64,000 nucleotides of DNA from Candidatus Eiseniibacteriota bacterium. Lineage in GTDB: Bacteria > Eisenbacteria > RBG-16-71-46 > CAVPCR01. Shown piece by piece: positions 50,544-60,697 of this stretch (positions are counted from its first letter, which is position 1; each line of letters starts with the position of its first letter). A program made the translations under genes and the position numbers. Under the pieces are notes generated by a model. That model saw nothing but the letters and a program-made list of their open reading frames with translations, had not been told where the DNA came from and made no database searches. The DNA is taken from positions 640,001-704,000 of the forward strand of contig CAVPCR010000004.1 in assembly GCA_963702435.1 (NCBI GenBank), in the 5' to 3' direction.

Positions 50544-51917
50544 ATGCATCGTCCCGCGTTTCCCGCCGCCGATCTCGAGGGGCTCGTCCCGCCGCAGGCC
50601 CTCGATGCCGAGCGCTCCGTGCTCGGCGCCATGTGCCTCTCCACCGAGGCCGTCGCGCGCGCCGTCGAGCGCCTCGATGAGCGCTCGTTCTACCGGGAGT
50701 CGCATCGCCGCATCTGGGCGGGCATCGTCGCGCTCTTCGAGCGCGGCGAGGTCGTCGACCTCATCACGCTCCGCGAGGAGCTCACGCGCCGCGGCGAGCT
50801 CGAGTCGATCGGAGGCACGGCCTACCTGACCGAGCTCTTCGAGTACATGCCGTCGGCGGCCAACGTCGACCATCACGCCCGGATCGTGGGGGAGAAGGCC
50901 GTGCTCCGCCGGCTGATCGACGCGGCCACCTCGATCACCGAGGAGAGCTACCGCGGGTCCGAGGCCGCCGAGATGGTGCTCGACCGGGCCCAGGAACGCA
51001 TCTTCGACATCTCCTCCGCCCGTACCCGCCGCGGTTTCATTGCGATGCGGGAAGTGGTGATGGAGACCTTCGAGATCATCCAGGAACTCTACGACAAGAA
51101 GAGCCATGTCACCGGACTCGAGTCCGGGTTCATCGACCTCGACGCCAAGACCGCCGGCTTCCAGAAGACCGACCTGATCATCGTCGCCGGCCGCCCGTCC
51201 ATGGGGAAGACGAGCTTCTGCCTGAACGTGGCCGAGCACTGCGCGATCAAGAACCGGGTTCCCGTCGCCATCTTCAGCCTCGAGATGGCCAAGGAGCAGG
51301 TGGCCCAGCGCATGCTCTGCTCGCAGTCGCGGGTGGACGGACACCGCCTCCGCACCGGGTACCTCCGCGACAGCGAGTGGACCGTGCTGACGCGTGCCGC
51401 GAGCGAGCTCTCCGACGCCCCGATCTACATCGACGACACGCCGGGCGTCTCGGTTCTCGAGCTCCGGGCCAAGGCCCGCCGCCTGGCCATGGAGGTCAAG
51501 TCGCTCGGGCTCATCATCGTCGACTACCTGCAGCTCATGCGCGGCGGCGACGACGCCGAGAACCGGCAGCAGGAGATCTCGCGCATCTCGCAGGCGCTCA
51601 AGTCGCTGGCCAAGGAGCTCGGGGTGCCGGTGATCGCTCTCTCCCAGCTCTCGCGCGCGGTCGAGCAGCGCGGCGGTGATCGCCGGCCGGTTCTCTCCGA
51701 TCTCCGCGAGTCGGGGGCGATCGAGCAGGACGCCGACGTCGTCCTCTTCATCTACCGGCCCGAGGTCTACGACCCGGAGAACGAGGAGACGAGGGGGGTC
51801 GCCGAGGTCATCATCGGCAAGCAGCGCAATGGCCCGATCGGCTCGGTCCGCCTGGCCTTCCTGTCCCCCTTCGCCCGGTTCGAGAACCTGGCGCAGGCCA
51901 TGGACACCCCGTTCTAG
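50544..51917 (+). CDS. dnaB: Replicative DNA helicase (no intein)
   Basis: AERSVLG, AGRPSMGKT, FSLEM, VDYLQLM, LSQLSR, SDLRESGAIEQDAD, KQRNGP. Confidence 0.97.
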   Translation: MHRPAFPAADLEGLVPPQALDAERSVLGAMCLSTEAVARAVERLDERSFYRESHRRIWAGIVALFERGEVVDLITLREELTRRGELESIGGTAYLTELFEYMPSAANVDHHARIVGEKAVLRRLIDAATSITEESYRGSEAAEMVLDRAQERIFDISSARTRRGFIAMREVVMETFEIIQELYDKKSHVTGLESGFIDLDAKTAGFQKTDLIIVAGRPSMGKTSFCLNVAEHCAIKNRVPVAIFSLEMAKEQVAQRMLCSQSRVDGHRLRTGYLRDSEWTVLTRAASELSDAPIYIDDTPGVSVLELRAKARRLAMEVKSLGLIIVDYLQLMRGGDDAENRQQEISRISQALKSLAKELGVPVIALSQLSRAVEQRGGDRRPVLSDLRESGAIEQDADVVLFIYRPEVYDPENEETRGVAEVIIGKQRNGPIGSVRLAFLSPFARFENLAQAMDTPF

Positions 51918-52215
51918 GCGCGTCCTGGGCGGGCCGCCCGGCGGCCCGCCGCCCGGCCCGCTCCCGCACCGCCGAACACCATGCGCAACAAGGACATCGT
52001 CCGCGGGCCGGGCCTCCGGTCCGCGGACCCGCCGCCCGCTTCCGGCATTGCCGGAAGCGGGGGTTTCTGATATCCTAATCATCAGATCCATGGACGGCCG
52101 TCCGCCCCGCGACCCGCCTGCACGGGGCTGGCGGCCTTTAATGCGCACACCCCTCCCGGCGGCCCGGCTCGAGAGGCATGCCCCGGGAGTCTCTCGCTCG
52201 ATCAAGGAGGCCTTC

Positions 52216-54285
52216 ATGGGGTTCCGCGCTATGACGATGGCAGCCGTCGCCATCATGCTCGTCAGCATCGCCTCGGTCAGCTTCGCCGCGCAGCGGGTCG
52301 TCCTCCTCGAAGACGCGACCTCGACGACGTGCCCGCCGTGCGGCTCGGCTCACCCGACCTTGCAGGCGATCCGGAACAACTTCGGATCGCAGATCGTCAT
52401 CGTGGCCTGGCACTGCTGGTGGCCGGCGCCGGGCGATGACCCCTTCTACTGGCACAACACGCCCCCGCAGCAGGGGCGGATCAACTACTACGGGATCAAC
52501 GCCATCCCCGACATGTGCATCGACGGCTCCGGCGCCGGGACGTCCAACCCGCCGGATCCATTCAACTACAGCCAGATCGCGAGCATGATCAACAGCCGGC
52601 TCGCCATCCCGAGCCCGATTGCCTTCCAGAATGCGAGCGGACTCCTCCAGGGCTCGAACGTGAACATCTCCTTCGATGTGAACGTCGAGACGCCCACCGC
52701 GGGGACCAACTTCAGGATCTTCGTGGTCGTCACCGAGGAGGAGATCGCCTACAACTGGCAGGGGCAGACCCACTGCTACGACGTCTTCCGGCGGAGCAAT
52801 GGGACCACCGGCGAGGCGATCGACCTGAGTGTCGGCGGGGTCCAGAGCTTCAACCGCTCGCTGCCCTACAGCTCGATCTACAACCCGGTAGGCCTGCACG
52901 GGGTTCTCTTCGTGCAGGACCAAACCGTGGGCGGTACCAAGCAGATCATCCAGGCGACCGAGTTCCCGATCGCGGTTCCCTACCACTTCAACGTCGCGTA
53001 CACGACGCCGCCGGTCCAGATCGGGAGCGTGAACACGATCAACAACTACGCGGCGACCGTGCACAATGACGGCGGCAATCCCGACGTCTACAACGTGACC
53101 TTCACCGGCGTGCCCGCCGGCTGGGCCTTCTCCTACACGACGCCGGCCGGCACCTTCTCGGGCCCGAGCACCATGCCGCTGGCGAGCGGGGCGACCGCCC
53201 CGATCAGCGTGGTCCTCAACTCGCAGGGCATCGCGGGGCCGGCCACCGTGCAGATGTCGTTCGCTTCGCAGGGCGACCCGCTGCAGGTGCTGAACCTCAC
53301 CTTCCGGAAGATCAACGGTCTCGATGTGCTGTACGTGGATGACGACGCCGGCGATCTGCGCGAGAACGCCTACACGGCGAGCCTCAACGCAACCGGTGTG
53401 GTCTGGGATCGGTGGAGCGTCGCCCAGTGGGGTGCCCTCACCGGCCAGAACCTGATCGACGGCGCGGCGACCGCGGTGGTCTGGTCCTGCGGCAACTCGC
53501 GGATCGTTCCCACGCTGACCGCTGCCGATCAGCAGGCGATCACCGACTTCCTGGCCACCGGGCGTCATCTCTTCATCAACGGCTCGGAGATCGCCTACAC
53601 CCTGTGCGACCCGGCGAGCCCGTTCTACTCGGCGCAGTCCGCGGCCTGGGTCACCAATACGTTGCATGTGACGTACGGGACCGACTTCGTGTTCTCGACC
53701 ACGATCAACGGCGTGGCCGGTGATCCGATCACCGACGGGCTCACCGGCGTCTCGCTCTCCAACGCCACCTACGGCACCGGGCTCCTGGACGGCGTCCAGA
53801 ACACCGCCGATGCCACCGCGGTCTGGAGCTACCAGAACCAGCCGTACAAGTCGGGCATCCGCACCACGGGCGCCGCGAAGGTCGTCTACTTCAGCTTCCC
53901 GTGGGAGTGTCTGCCGCTGGCAAGCCAGCGCGATCTGGTCATGGATCGCATCATCGACTACTTCGGCGTGGCGCTGGCAGTCGAGGAGCCGGTCGCGGCG
54001 GCGCCGGTGCGCTCGACCCTGGCTCAGAACGCTCCGAACCCGTTCAATCCGGCGACGGTGATCGGCTACGATCTGGCCGCGGCCGGCCAGGTCGAGCTTC
54101 GCGTCTACGATCTGAACGGGCGCATGGTGCGCGAGCTGGTGAACGCGCCGCAGACGGCGTCGAGCTACCGGGTCGAGTGGGACGGCCGGGACGACCTCGG
54201 TCGTCAGCTCGCGAGCGGCGTGTACTTCTATCAGCTGAACGCTCCGGGTATCAGCGAGACCCGGCGCATGGTGCTCGCCAAGTAG
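52216..54285 (+). CDS. Secreted Omp28-like/thioredoxin-fold protein with Ig-like and Rossmann-like modules and FlgD-Ig/T9SS-type C-terminal domain
   Basis: AAGGAGG RBS; signal peptide; VVLLEDATSTTCPPC, YYGINAIP..IDG; VLYVDDD; QNAPNPFNP...WDGRD...SGVYFY. Confidence 0.82.
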   Translation: MGFRAMTMAAVAIMLVSIASVSFAAQRVVLLEDATSTTCPPCGSAHPTLQAIRNNFGSQIVIVAWHCWWPAPGDDPFYWHNTPPQQGRINYYGINAIPDMCIDGSGAGTSNPPDPFNYSQIASMINSRLAIPSPIAFQNASGLLQGSNVNISFDVNVETPTAGTNFRIFVVVTEEEIAYNWQGQTHCYDVFRRSNGTTGEAIDLSVGGVQSFNRSLPYSSIYNPVGLHGVLFVQDQTVGGTKQIIQATEFPIAVPYHFNVAYTTPPVQIGSVNTINNYAATVHNDGGNPDVYNVTFTGVPAGWAFSYTTPAGTFSGPSTMPLASGATAPISVVLNSQGIAGPATVQMSFASQGDPLQVLNLTFRKINGLDVLYVDDDAGDLRENAYTASLNATGVVWDRWSVAQWGALTGQNLIDGAATAVVWSCGNSRIVPTLTAADQQAITDFLATGRHLFINGSEIAYTLCDPASPFYSAQSAAWVTNTLHVTYGTDFVFSTTINGVAGDPITDGLTGVSLSNATYGTGLLDGVQNTADATAVWSYQNQPYKSGIRTTGAAKVVYFSFPWECLPLASQRDLVMDRIIDYFGVALAVEEPVAAAPVRSTLAQNAPNPFNPATVIGYDLAAAGQVELRVYDLNGRMVRELVNAPQTASSYRVEWDGRDDLGRQLASGVYFYQLNAPGISETRRMVLAK

Positions 54286-54479
54286 CACCGGGACGACACC
54301 AAGGCGCGGGCTGAACGCTCGCGCGAGCGGGGTGGGCCGTGCGATGGCGACATCGCACGGCCCATCGTGCTTCCGGCCCCGCCGCGGCGCATGGCGTATA
54401 CTGCGCGCATGGCGCGCCGGCGACGGCCCGCGGGCAGGGCGATCGGGGCTCGCAGAGCGGCGACCGGAAGGAGAACGAC

Positions 54480-55982
54480 ATGGCTCGTGTCGGCGCGAAG
54501 GCCGGCTCGAAGAACGTCTTCGTCTGCAGCGCCTGCGGCGGCGAGCGCCCGAAGTGGTTCGGCCGCTGTCCCGAGTGCGGGGCGTGGAACACGGCCGGCG
54601 AGGAGCGGCGGGCACCCGTCGCGCGCCCCGCGGCCCCGGCCGCGCTCGGCCGCGCGGCGACGCCGGTGCCGCTCACCGCGGCGGGAGGCGAGCGCCCCGC
54701 CGGCGGCGATCCGGGCGAGCAACGGCTCCCGACCGGGATCGGCGAGCTCGATCGCGTCCTCGGCGGCGGACTGGTCCCCGGCGCCGTCATCCTGGTCGGC
54801 GGCGATCCGGGGATCGGCAAGTCCACGCTCCTCCTGCAGGCGGCGGCGGCGATGGCGCGCGCCGGCCGGCGCGCGCTCTACGTGACGGGCGAGGAGTCGG
54901 AGCGCCAGATCCGGCTTCGCGCGGAGAGGCTGGGCGCGGTCGAGGCCGCGGTCCTCGTCGTCGCCGAGACCGAGATCGGGCGGGTGCGCGAGCACATCGC
55001 CGAGGTGGATCCCGAGATCGTGGTGGCCGATTCGGTGCAGACCCTCTACGCGGCCGAGCTCCCGAGCGCTCCGGGCACCGTGAGCCAGGTGCGGCACTGC
55101 GCCTTCGAGCTGATCCGTGTGGCCAAGGAGAGCGGGCGCGCGGTCTTCCTGGTCGGGCACGTGACCAAGGAGGGCGATGTCGCGGGACCGCGCGTCCTCG
55201 AGCACATGGTGGACGCCGTGCTCTACCTCGAGGGCGAGCGCTACCAGGAGCTGCGCGTGCTCCGCGCGCAGAAGAACCGCTTCGGGGCGACGACCGAGAT
55301 CGGCCTCTTCGAGATGATCGAGGCGGGGATGCGCGAGGTGGCCGATCCCTCGGGCGCGTTCCTCGCCGGCCGCGCCAGCGGCGTGCCCGGCACCGCGGTG
55401 CTGGCGAGCCTCGAGGGGAACCGCGCGCTCCTCGTCGAGGTGCAGGCGCTCGTCGCGCGTACGGTCTACGCCGCGCCCGACCGCCAGTCGACCGGGATCG
55501 ATCGCCGCCGGCTCGCGGTGCTTCTCGCCGTGCTCGAGCGCCGCACCGAGGTCACGCTCGGGAAGCGCGACGTGTTCGTGAGCGTGGCCGGCGGCCTCCA
55601 TCTCGAGGAGACAGCGAGCGATCTCGCGCTCCTTCTCGCCATCGCCTCGGCCCGCGCCGGCAAGGCCGTGCCCGCGGATCTGGTGGTGATGGGGGAGGTG
55701 GGGCTCGGCGGCGAGCTGCGGCGCGTGCGCGGGGTGGCGCGGCGGCTCGGCGAGGCGGCTCGCCTCGGGTTCGCGCGGGCGATCGTGCCGGCAGCCAACG
55801 CCGCCGACGGGCGCGGCATCGACCTCGAGATCATCGCCGCCGAGGATCTCAGGAGCGCGCTCGCGGCCGCGCTCGGCCCCGAGGCGATCACGCGGGCCGC
55901 GCTCCGCGAGGAGAGCCGGCGCGAGCGCGGCGGCGGTGCGCGGATGCTGCGTGCGCCGGACCGCACACCCTTGCCGCGCTAG
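54480..55982 (+). CDS. radA: DNA repair protein RadA/Sms
   Basis: CSAC...WFGRCPECGAWN, GGDPGIGKST, GHVTKEG, LEHMVD, KNRFG, GEVGLGGE. Confidence 0.96.
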   Translation: MARVGAKAGSKNVFVCSACGGERPKWFGRCPECGAWNTAGEERRAPVARPAAPAALGRAATPVPLTAAGGERPAGGDPGEQRLPTGIGELDRVLGGGLVPGAVILVGGDPGIGKSTLLLQAAAAMARAGRRALYVTGEESERQIRLRAERLGAVEAAVLVVAETEIGRVREHIAEVDPEIVVADSVQTLYAAELPSAPGTVSQVRHCAFELIRVAKESGRAVFLVGHVTKEGDVAGPRVLEHMVDAVLYLEGERYQELRVLRAQKNRFGATTEIGLFEMIEAGMREVADPSGAFLAGRASGVPGTAVLASLEGNRALLVEVQALVARTVYAAPDRQSTGIDRRRLAVLLAVLERRTEVTLGKRDVFVSVAGGLHLEETASDLALLLAIASARAGKAVPADLVVMGEVGLGGELRRVRGVARRLGEAARLGFARAIVPAANAADGRGIDLEIIAAEDLRSALAAALGPEAITRAALREESRRERGGGARMLRAPDRTPLPR

Positions 55983-56199
55983 CATCCGTCGAGAACGACG
56001 CGGTGCGAGGCGCGAAGGGGAGGGGCCGACGGCGAGTTCCGCAGCGCGCCGTCATGCGCGGTGGGTGGTCGACATGCGCCGGAGGCCCGCCGGCGCGTGA
56101 GGACTGTTCGAAGCCGGAGGCCCCTTCCCGAGCGACTCGCCTGCCCGCCGGTGCCCGCCGGTGCTCGCCGCAGTGACTCGTCGGAGTGGCCAGGCGGGC

Positions 56200-57021
56200 C
56201 TACGCCATCGTCTGCCCGCCGCAGAGGTTGAGCGTCTGCCCGGTCATCCCCGCGGCCGCGTCCGACGCCAGATAGTGGACGAGGGAGGCGACCTCCGCGG
56301 GCTCGATCATGCGTCCGAGCGGCACCCCGCGCATCGCCTGCGCCAGGAACTCCTCGAAGGTGACGCCGCCGGCCGCCGCCTGCGCCCGCATGCTGGCGAC
56401 CGACATCTCGGTAGAGACCCAGCCCGGTGCGATCGCATTCACGGTGATGCGCTCCGGGGCGAGCTCGAGCGCGAGCGCCCGCGTGAAGCCGATGACCCCG
56501 TGCTTCGCCGTGCAGTAGGCGGCGAATCCGGGCACGCCGAAGCGACCGAGCACCGAGGAGATGTTGACGATGCGCCCGCGCGGTCCCGTCATGTGCGGGA
56601 GGACGGCGCGCGTCACGTGCCAGACCGCATCCAGGTTGACGGCGAGGATGTCGCGCCAGAGCGTGTCGCGCTCGTCGAGGCCGTCGCCTGGAGCCGCACC
56701 GCGGAGCGGCGTCCAGCCGGTGCCGCCGGCATTGTTGACGAGGATGTCGATCCCGCCCCACGCCGCATGCACATCGGCCACGAAGCGGCGGGTGGCGGTG
56801 GGATCGCGCAGATCGCACGCTGCGGCGTACGCGTTGCCGCCGGCGGCGGTGATCTCCGCCGCGACGCGGGTCACGGGCGCGAGCTGGCGCCCGCAGAGTG
56901 CGACCCGGGCCCCGGCGGCCGCCAGGCAGAGCGCCGTGGCGTGTCCGATGCCGGCGCCGCCGCCGGTGACGATGGCGGTGCGGCCGGCGAGATCGGTCGT
57001 CGGTGGAGAGGTGTCCTTCAT
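56200..57021 (-). CDS. Short-chain dehydrogenase/reductase
   Basis: TGGGAGIG, NNAG, VNISS, YCTAK, VNAIAPG. Confidence 0.92.
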   Translation of the reverse strand: MKDTSPPTTDLAGRTAIVTGGGAGIGHATALCLAAAGARVALCGRQLAPVTRVAAEITAAGGNAYAAACDLRDPTATRRFVADVHAAWGGIDILVNNAGGTGWTPLRGAAPGDGLDERDTLWRDILAVNLDAVWHVTRAVLPHMTGPRGRIVNISSVLGRFGVPGFAAYCTAKHGVIGFTRALALELAPERITVNAIAPGWVSTEMSVASMRAQAAAGGVTFEEFLAQAMRGVPLGRMIEPAEVASLVHYLASDAAAGMTGQTLNLCGGQTMA

Positions 57022-57032
57022 GGCGCTCGATT

Positions 57033-58217
57033 CTAGCGGAGGGTGGATCCGCCTGCCAGCTCGGCGATCGCGGCGACCAGGCGCGCCCACGTCGTGTCGG
57101 CACGGCGCGCGGCGATCGCCCGCGCCATGGCGGCGCGGTCGGCCTCGCCATAGAAGCGCGCGATCGCGGCGGCGAGTGCCGCGGGATCGCCGGGCGGCAC
57201 CAGGTAGCCGGTCTCGCCCTCGCCGACGAACTCGGGCAGCCCGCCCACGTTCGTCGTCACCACCGGTCGGTCGTAGCGATAGGCGATCTGCACGATGCCG
57301 CTCTGCGTCGCCGAGAGATAGGGGAGGACGACGAGATCGGCGGCGACGAAGTAGCGCGGCACCGCCTCGTTCGGCGTGTAGCCGGGGACGAGCGTGACGC
57401 GATCGGCGATCCCGAGGCTCGAGATCTGCTCGCGGTAGGGGGCCTCGTCCTCGTAGAAATCGCCGACCACGAGGAGCCGGAAGTCCGGGCCGAGGCGGGC
57501 GCGGAGCGCGGGCACCGCCGCGAGCAGGACATGGAGTCCCTTGTAGGCCTTGATGAAGCCGAAGAAGAGGATCACGCGGCTCTCGCCGATCCCGAGCTCG
57601 CGCCGCGCGGTCGCCTGGTCGGGCGGTGCCGCTTCTGCGAAGTCGTAGGTCGGATGGGGCACCAGGCGGACCCGCCCCGGATCGGTGCGCGGGAGGAGCG
57701 TGTAGAGCTCGCCCTCGACCGCCTTGGACTGGGCGATGTAGGCGTCCATCTGCCCGAGACCCAGGCGGGTGATGAAACGGCCGAGCGGCCAGCGCTCGTG
57801 CGGGATCACGTTGTCGAGGATGGCGATCACGCGGACCCCGGGCCCGCGGCGAAGGAGCCAGGCCACGGCGAAGTAGCCCGGACCGAAGAACGGGATCCAC
57901 CATTTGAGGACGAGCGCGCGCGCGCCGCTCCGCTGGACCGCGCGCGCGGTGCGCCACCAGGACCAGGGACTCCACGGCACGAAGAGGGGCGTGTTCGGGA
58001 CCGGGATCGCGGCCGCGCCGGAGTCTCGCTGGTCGCTTCCCGGGAAGCGGAGCTTGCGCACGAGCGGCAGGTCGGGCACGCGCTCGGGATACTGCTTCCG
58101 GAAGCCGACGAAGGTGACCTCGTGTCCCGCTGCTCGGAGCTCGCGATGGAGGAGCGCGAGGTAGTGCGCGATGCCGCCGCGGAGCGGATGGGCCGGCCCG
58201 AGGAGGGCGAGCTTCAC
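57033..58217 (-). CDS. Glycosyltransferase family 4
   Basis: GPAHPLRGGIAHY, FFGFIKAYKGL, LPYLSATQSG, VGGLPE; GTG overlaps the upstream TGA. Confidence 0.9.
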   Translation of the reverse strand: MKLALLGPAHPLRGGIAHYLALLHRELRAAGHEVTFVGFRKQYPERVPDLPLVRKLRFPGSDQRDSGAAAIPVPNTPLFVPWSPWSWWRTARAVQRSGARALVLKWWIPFFGPGYFAVAWLLRRGPGVRVIAILDNVIPHERWPLGRFITRLGLGQMDAYIAQSKAVEGELYTLLPRTDPGRVRLVPHPTYDFAEAAPPDQATARRELGIGESRVILFFGFIKAYKGLHVLLAAVPALRARLGPDFRLLVVGDFYEDEAPYREQISSLGIADRVTLVPGYTPNEAVPRYFVAADLVVLPYLSATQSGIVQIAYRYDRPVVTTNVGGLPEFVGEGETGYLVPPGDPAALAAAIARFYGEADRAAMARAIAARRADTTWARLVAAIAELAGGSTLR

Positions 58218-59305
58218 CGTCCGGCCCGGGCCGTCCCGCCGGAGGGCAGGTGGCGGAGGCAGGCCTCGACGACGCGCGGCACCTCGATCGCCCGCATGCA
58301 CTCGCGCGCGCACACCGGCCGGTAGTAGCAGTCGCAGGGCACCGACGGCTCGAGGATCTCGCCGCGGCCGTAGAGCTCGAACTCGTGCCGGTTGAAGATG
58401 TTGTTGAAGAGGACGAGCGGCTTCCGGAGCCCGATTGCGATGTGCATGGCCATGGTCACGGCGGTGACCACGAGATCGGTCTGGCCGACGAGGTCGATGA
58501 ACCCGGCGAGCGGGAAGTGACCCGCGTAGGCGGCGCCGCTCGCCGCGGCGATGCGCCGGTTCTTCTCCTCCTCGGCGGCGCCGCCGAGGAGGAGGACGCC
58601 CAGGCCGCGGGCGCGGAGTTCCCGCGCGCATGCGATCCAGTGCTCCTCCGGCCACAGGCGGGAGACCCAGCGCCCGCCGCAGCCCGTGTTGAGTCCGACG
58701 AGCGGGTGCGGGACGCCGAGATCCCAGGCGCCCGCCGGCGGCCGGTCGAGGATGTACTCCTCGCCGGCGAAGGGTACCCCCGCGATCTCGAAGATCTCGG
58801 CGACATAGCTCTTCCGGTTGGCCTTGCTCACGTCGTCGAAGATGCCGGTCAGGAACTTGTCCTCGGCGTTCGCATCGGCGGGCGCGGGGACGCCGCCCGC
58901 GAGCACGAAGCCCTTGCGGGCGCGGGCCGGGATGCTGCCGGCGAGCGCGCAGGCCTCGGGGTCCTTGTCGAGGTTGAGCACGAGATCGAACTCGGTGGCC
59001 GTGAGGCGGAGGAACGCGGCCAGGTCGAGAGCGAGGACCTGGTCGACGGCCGAGCGCGGAACGACCTCCGGGGAGTGCGTGACCCAGGTCAAGTGGGCCG
59101 CCGGGAAGTCGCGGCGGAGGCGATGGAGGAGCGGCGTCGTGCGGATCACGTCGCCGATCGCCCCCAGCTTGATGAGGACGATACGCTCGGCGATCGGCGC
59201 ATAGTGCGGGCAGTCAGTGCAGTGCACGCCGTCCTGCTTGTGCGGAACGCACGGCACGTCGCCTCTGAAGTGACGGCAGTCGGCTTTCCAGAGCGGTTGG
59301 TTCAT
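58214..59305 (-). CDS. Glycosyltransferase family 9 (heptosyltransferase-like) with Cys-rich N-terminus
   Basis: IKLGAIGDVIRTTP, VGLNTG, RLWP, AMHIA, C-terminal C.CY...C...CM. Confidence 0.88.
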   Translation of the reverse strand: MNQPLWKADCRHFRGDVPCVPHKQDGVHCTDCPHYAPIAERIVLIKLGAIGDVIRTTPLLHRLRRDFPAAHLTWVTHSPEVVPRSAVDQVLALDLAAFLRLTATEFDLVLNLDKDPEACALAGSIPARARKGFVLAGGVPAPADANAEDKFLTGIFDDVSKANRKSYVAEIFEIAGVPFAGEEYILDRPPAGAWDLGVPHPLVGLNTGCGGRWVSRLWPEEHWIACARELRARGLGVLLLGGAAEEEKNRRIAAASGAAYAGHFPLAGFIDLVGQTDLVVTAVTMAMHIAIGLRKPLVLFNNIFNRHEFELYGRGEILEPSVPCDCYYRPVCARECMRAIEVPRVVEACLRHLPSGGTARAGR

Positions 59306-59427
59306 CGTCGGATCGTCACGTCCGGGAGCGGCGGATCCTCTTGCAGATCGGTTCCGGCCGGCCGGATAATGGCGCGTCGCCGCGCGAGCGGCAACGGTAA
59401 AGCAGGGGCGGCAACGAAGGGGGGACG

Positions 59428-60132
59428 ATGCGCCAGGCGCTCATCGTGGTGGCCGCGGGCGGCGGGCAGCGCCTCGGCCGGTCGATCGAGAAGCCCTACG
59501 TCGAGCTGGACGGCCGGCCCCTGGTCTGGCACGGGCTCAAGGCGCTCGACGGGCCCGGGCTCTTCCACCAGCGCATCGTGGTCGTCGCCCCGGGGGCGGA
59601 GGCACGCTTCCGCGAGGAGGTGCTCGCCCGCTTCCCCCTCGTCCACCCGGTCGAGCTCGTGGCGGGCGGGGAGACCCGGCAGGAGTCGGTGTACCGGGGG
59701 CTCACCCGCGTGAGCGACGACATGGACCTCGTCGCCATCCACGATGGCGCGCGTCCCCTGATCGACGAGGCGGCGGTGCGCGCCACGTTCGGCGCCTGCG
59801 AGGGCGTGGACGGCGCTCTCGTCGCGCTGCCGGTGCACGATGCGCTCAAGCGCGTCGAGGGGGATCTGGTGGTCGAGGACGTCGTGCGCTCCGGGCTGTG
59901 GCGGGCGCAGACGCCGCAGACCTTCTGGACGAAGTCGATCCGCGCCGCCCACGAGGCGGCGCGCGCCGAGGGTCTGGATGCGCTCGATGACGCGGCGCTC
60001 GTCACCCGCCGGGGCGGCCGCGTGCGCGTGATTCAGGGCACCAAGAGCAATCTCAAGATCACGGTACCCGAGGATCTCCGGCTCGCCGCGCTCCTGCTCC
60101 GCGTGCGCGAGGCCTCGCATCACGAGGCCTGA
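59428..60132 (+). CDS. ispD: 2-C-methyl-D-erythritol 4-phosphate cytidylyltransferase
   Basis: AAGGGQRLG, GGETRQESV, IHDGARP, AQTPQ, NLKIT. Confidence 0.95.
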   Translation: MRQALIVVAAGGGQRLGRSIEKPYVELDGRPLVWHGLKALDGPGLFHQRIVVVAPGAEARFREEVLARFPLVHPVELVAGGETRQESVYRGLTRVSDDMDLVAIHDGARPLIDEAAVRATFGACEGVDGALVALPVHDALKRVEGDLVVEDVVRSGLWRAQTPQTFWTKSIRAAHEAARAEGLDALDDAALVTRRGGRVRVIQGTKSNLKITVPEDLRLAALLLRVREASHHEA

Positions 60133-60182
60133 CGCGGGTCGTGCCGGGCGCGGACTCCGGATCGGGAGGGAGGCGTAGAGGC

Positions 60183-60692
60183 GTGGTGGACTGGATTCAA
60201 CGGGCCGGCATCGGCTATGACATCCATCGGCTGGTGCCCGGCCGGCGCCTCGTTCTCGGCGGCGTCGAGATTCCCCATCCGACGGGACTCGCCGGGCACT
60301 CGGACGCCGATGTCGCCGCCCACGCGATCGGCTCGGCGCTCCTCGGCGCCCTCGCCCTCGGCGATCTCGGGCAGCACTTCCCGCCCGGCGATCCGCGCTT
60401 CGCCGATATCTCGAGCTGCGTGCTTCTCGAGCGGATCGCCGCGCTTGTCCGCGACCGCGGCGCCGAGATCGTCAATGTGGACGTGACCGTGGTCGCCGAG
60501 GCGCCGCGGCTCGCGCCGCATATCCAGTCCATGCGCGAGCGGCTGGCGCGCGCGCTCGGGGTCGCGGTCGCGCGGGTAGCGGTGAAGGCCGCGACGAACG
60601 AGGGGTGCGATGCGATCGGGCGCGGCGAGGCGATCGCCGCGCACGCCGTCGCCGCCGTGCGGGAGCCCGCCGCGCCCGGACCGGGCGATTAA
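60183..60692 (+). CDS. ispF: 2-C-methyl-D-erythritol 2,4-cyclodiphosphate synthase
   Basis: GIGYDIH, GHSDADV..HA, GDLGQHFP, VKAATNE. Confidence 0.95.
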   Translation: MVDWIQRAGIGYDIHRLVPGRRLVLGGVEIPHPTGLAGHSDADVAAHAIGSALLGALALGDLGQHFPPGDPRFADISSCVLLERIAALVRDRGAEIVNVDVTVVAEAPRLAPHIQSMRERLARALGVAVARVAVKAATNEGCDAIGRGEAIAAHAVAAVREPAAPGPGD

Positions 60693-60697
60693 CGTCG

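Noticed and set aside
50544..51917. Intein in dnaB
   Set aside because: Normal length (457 aa) with contiguous motifs.
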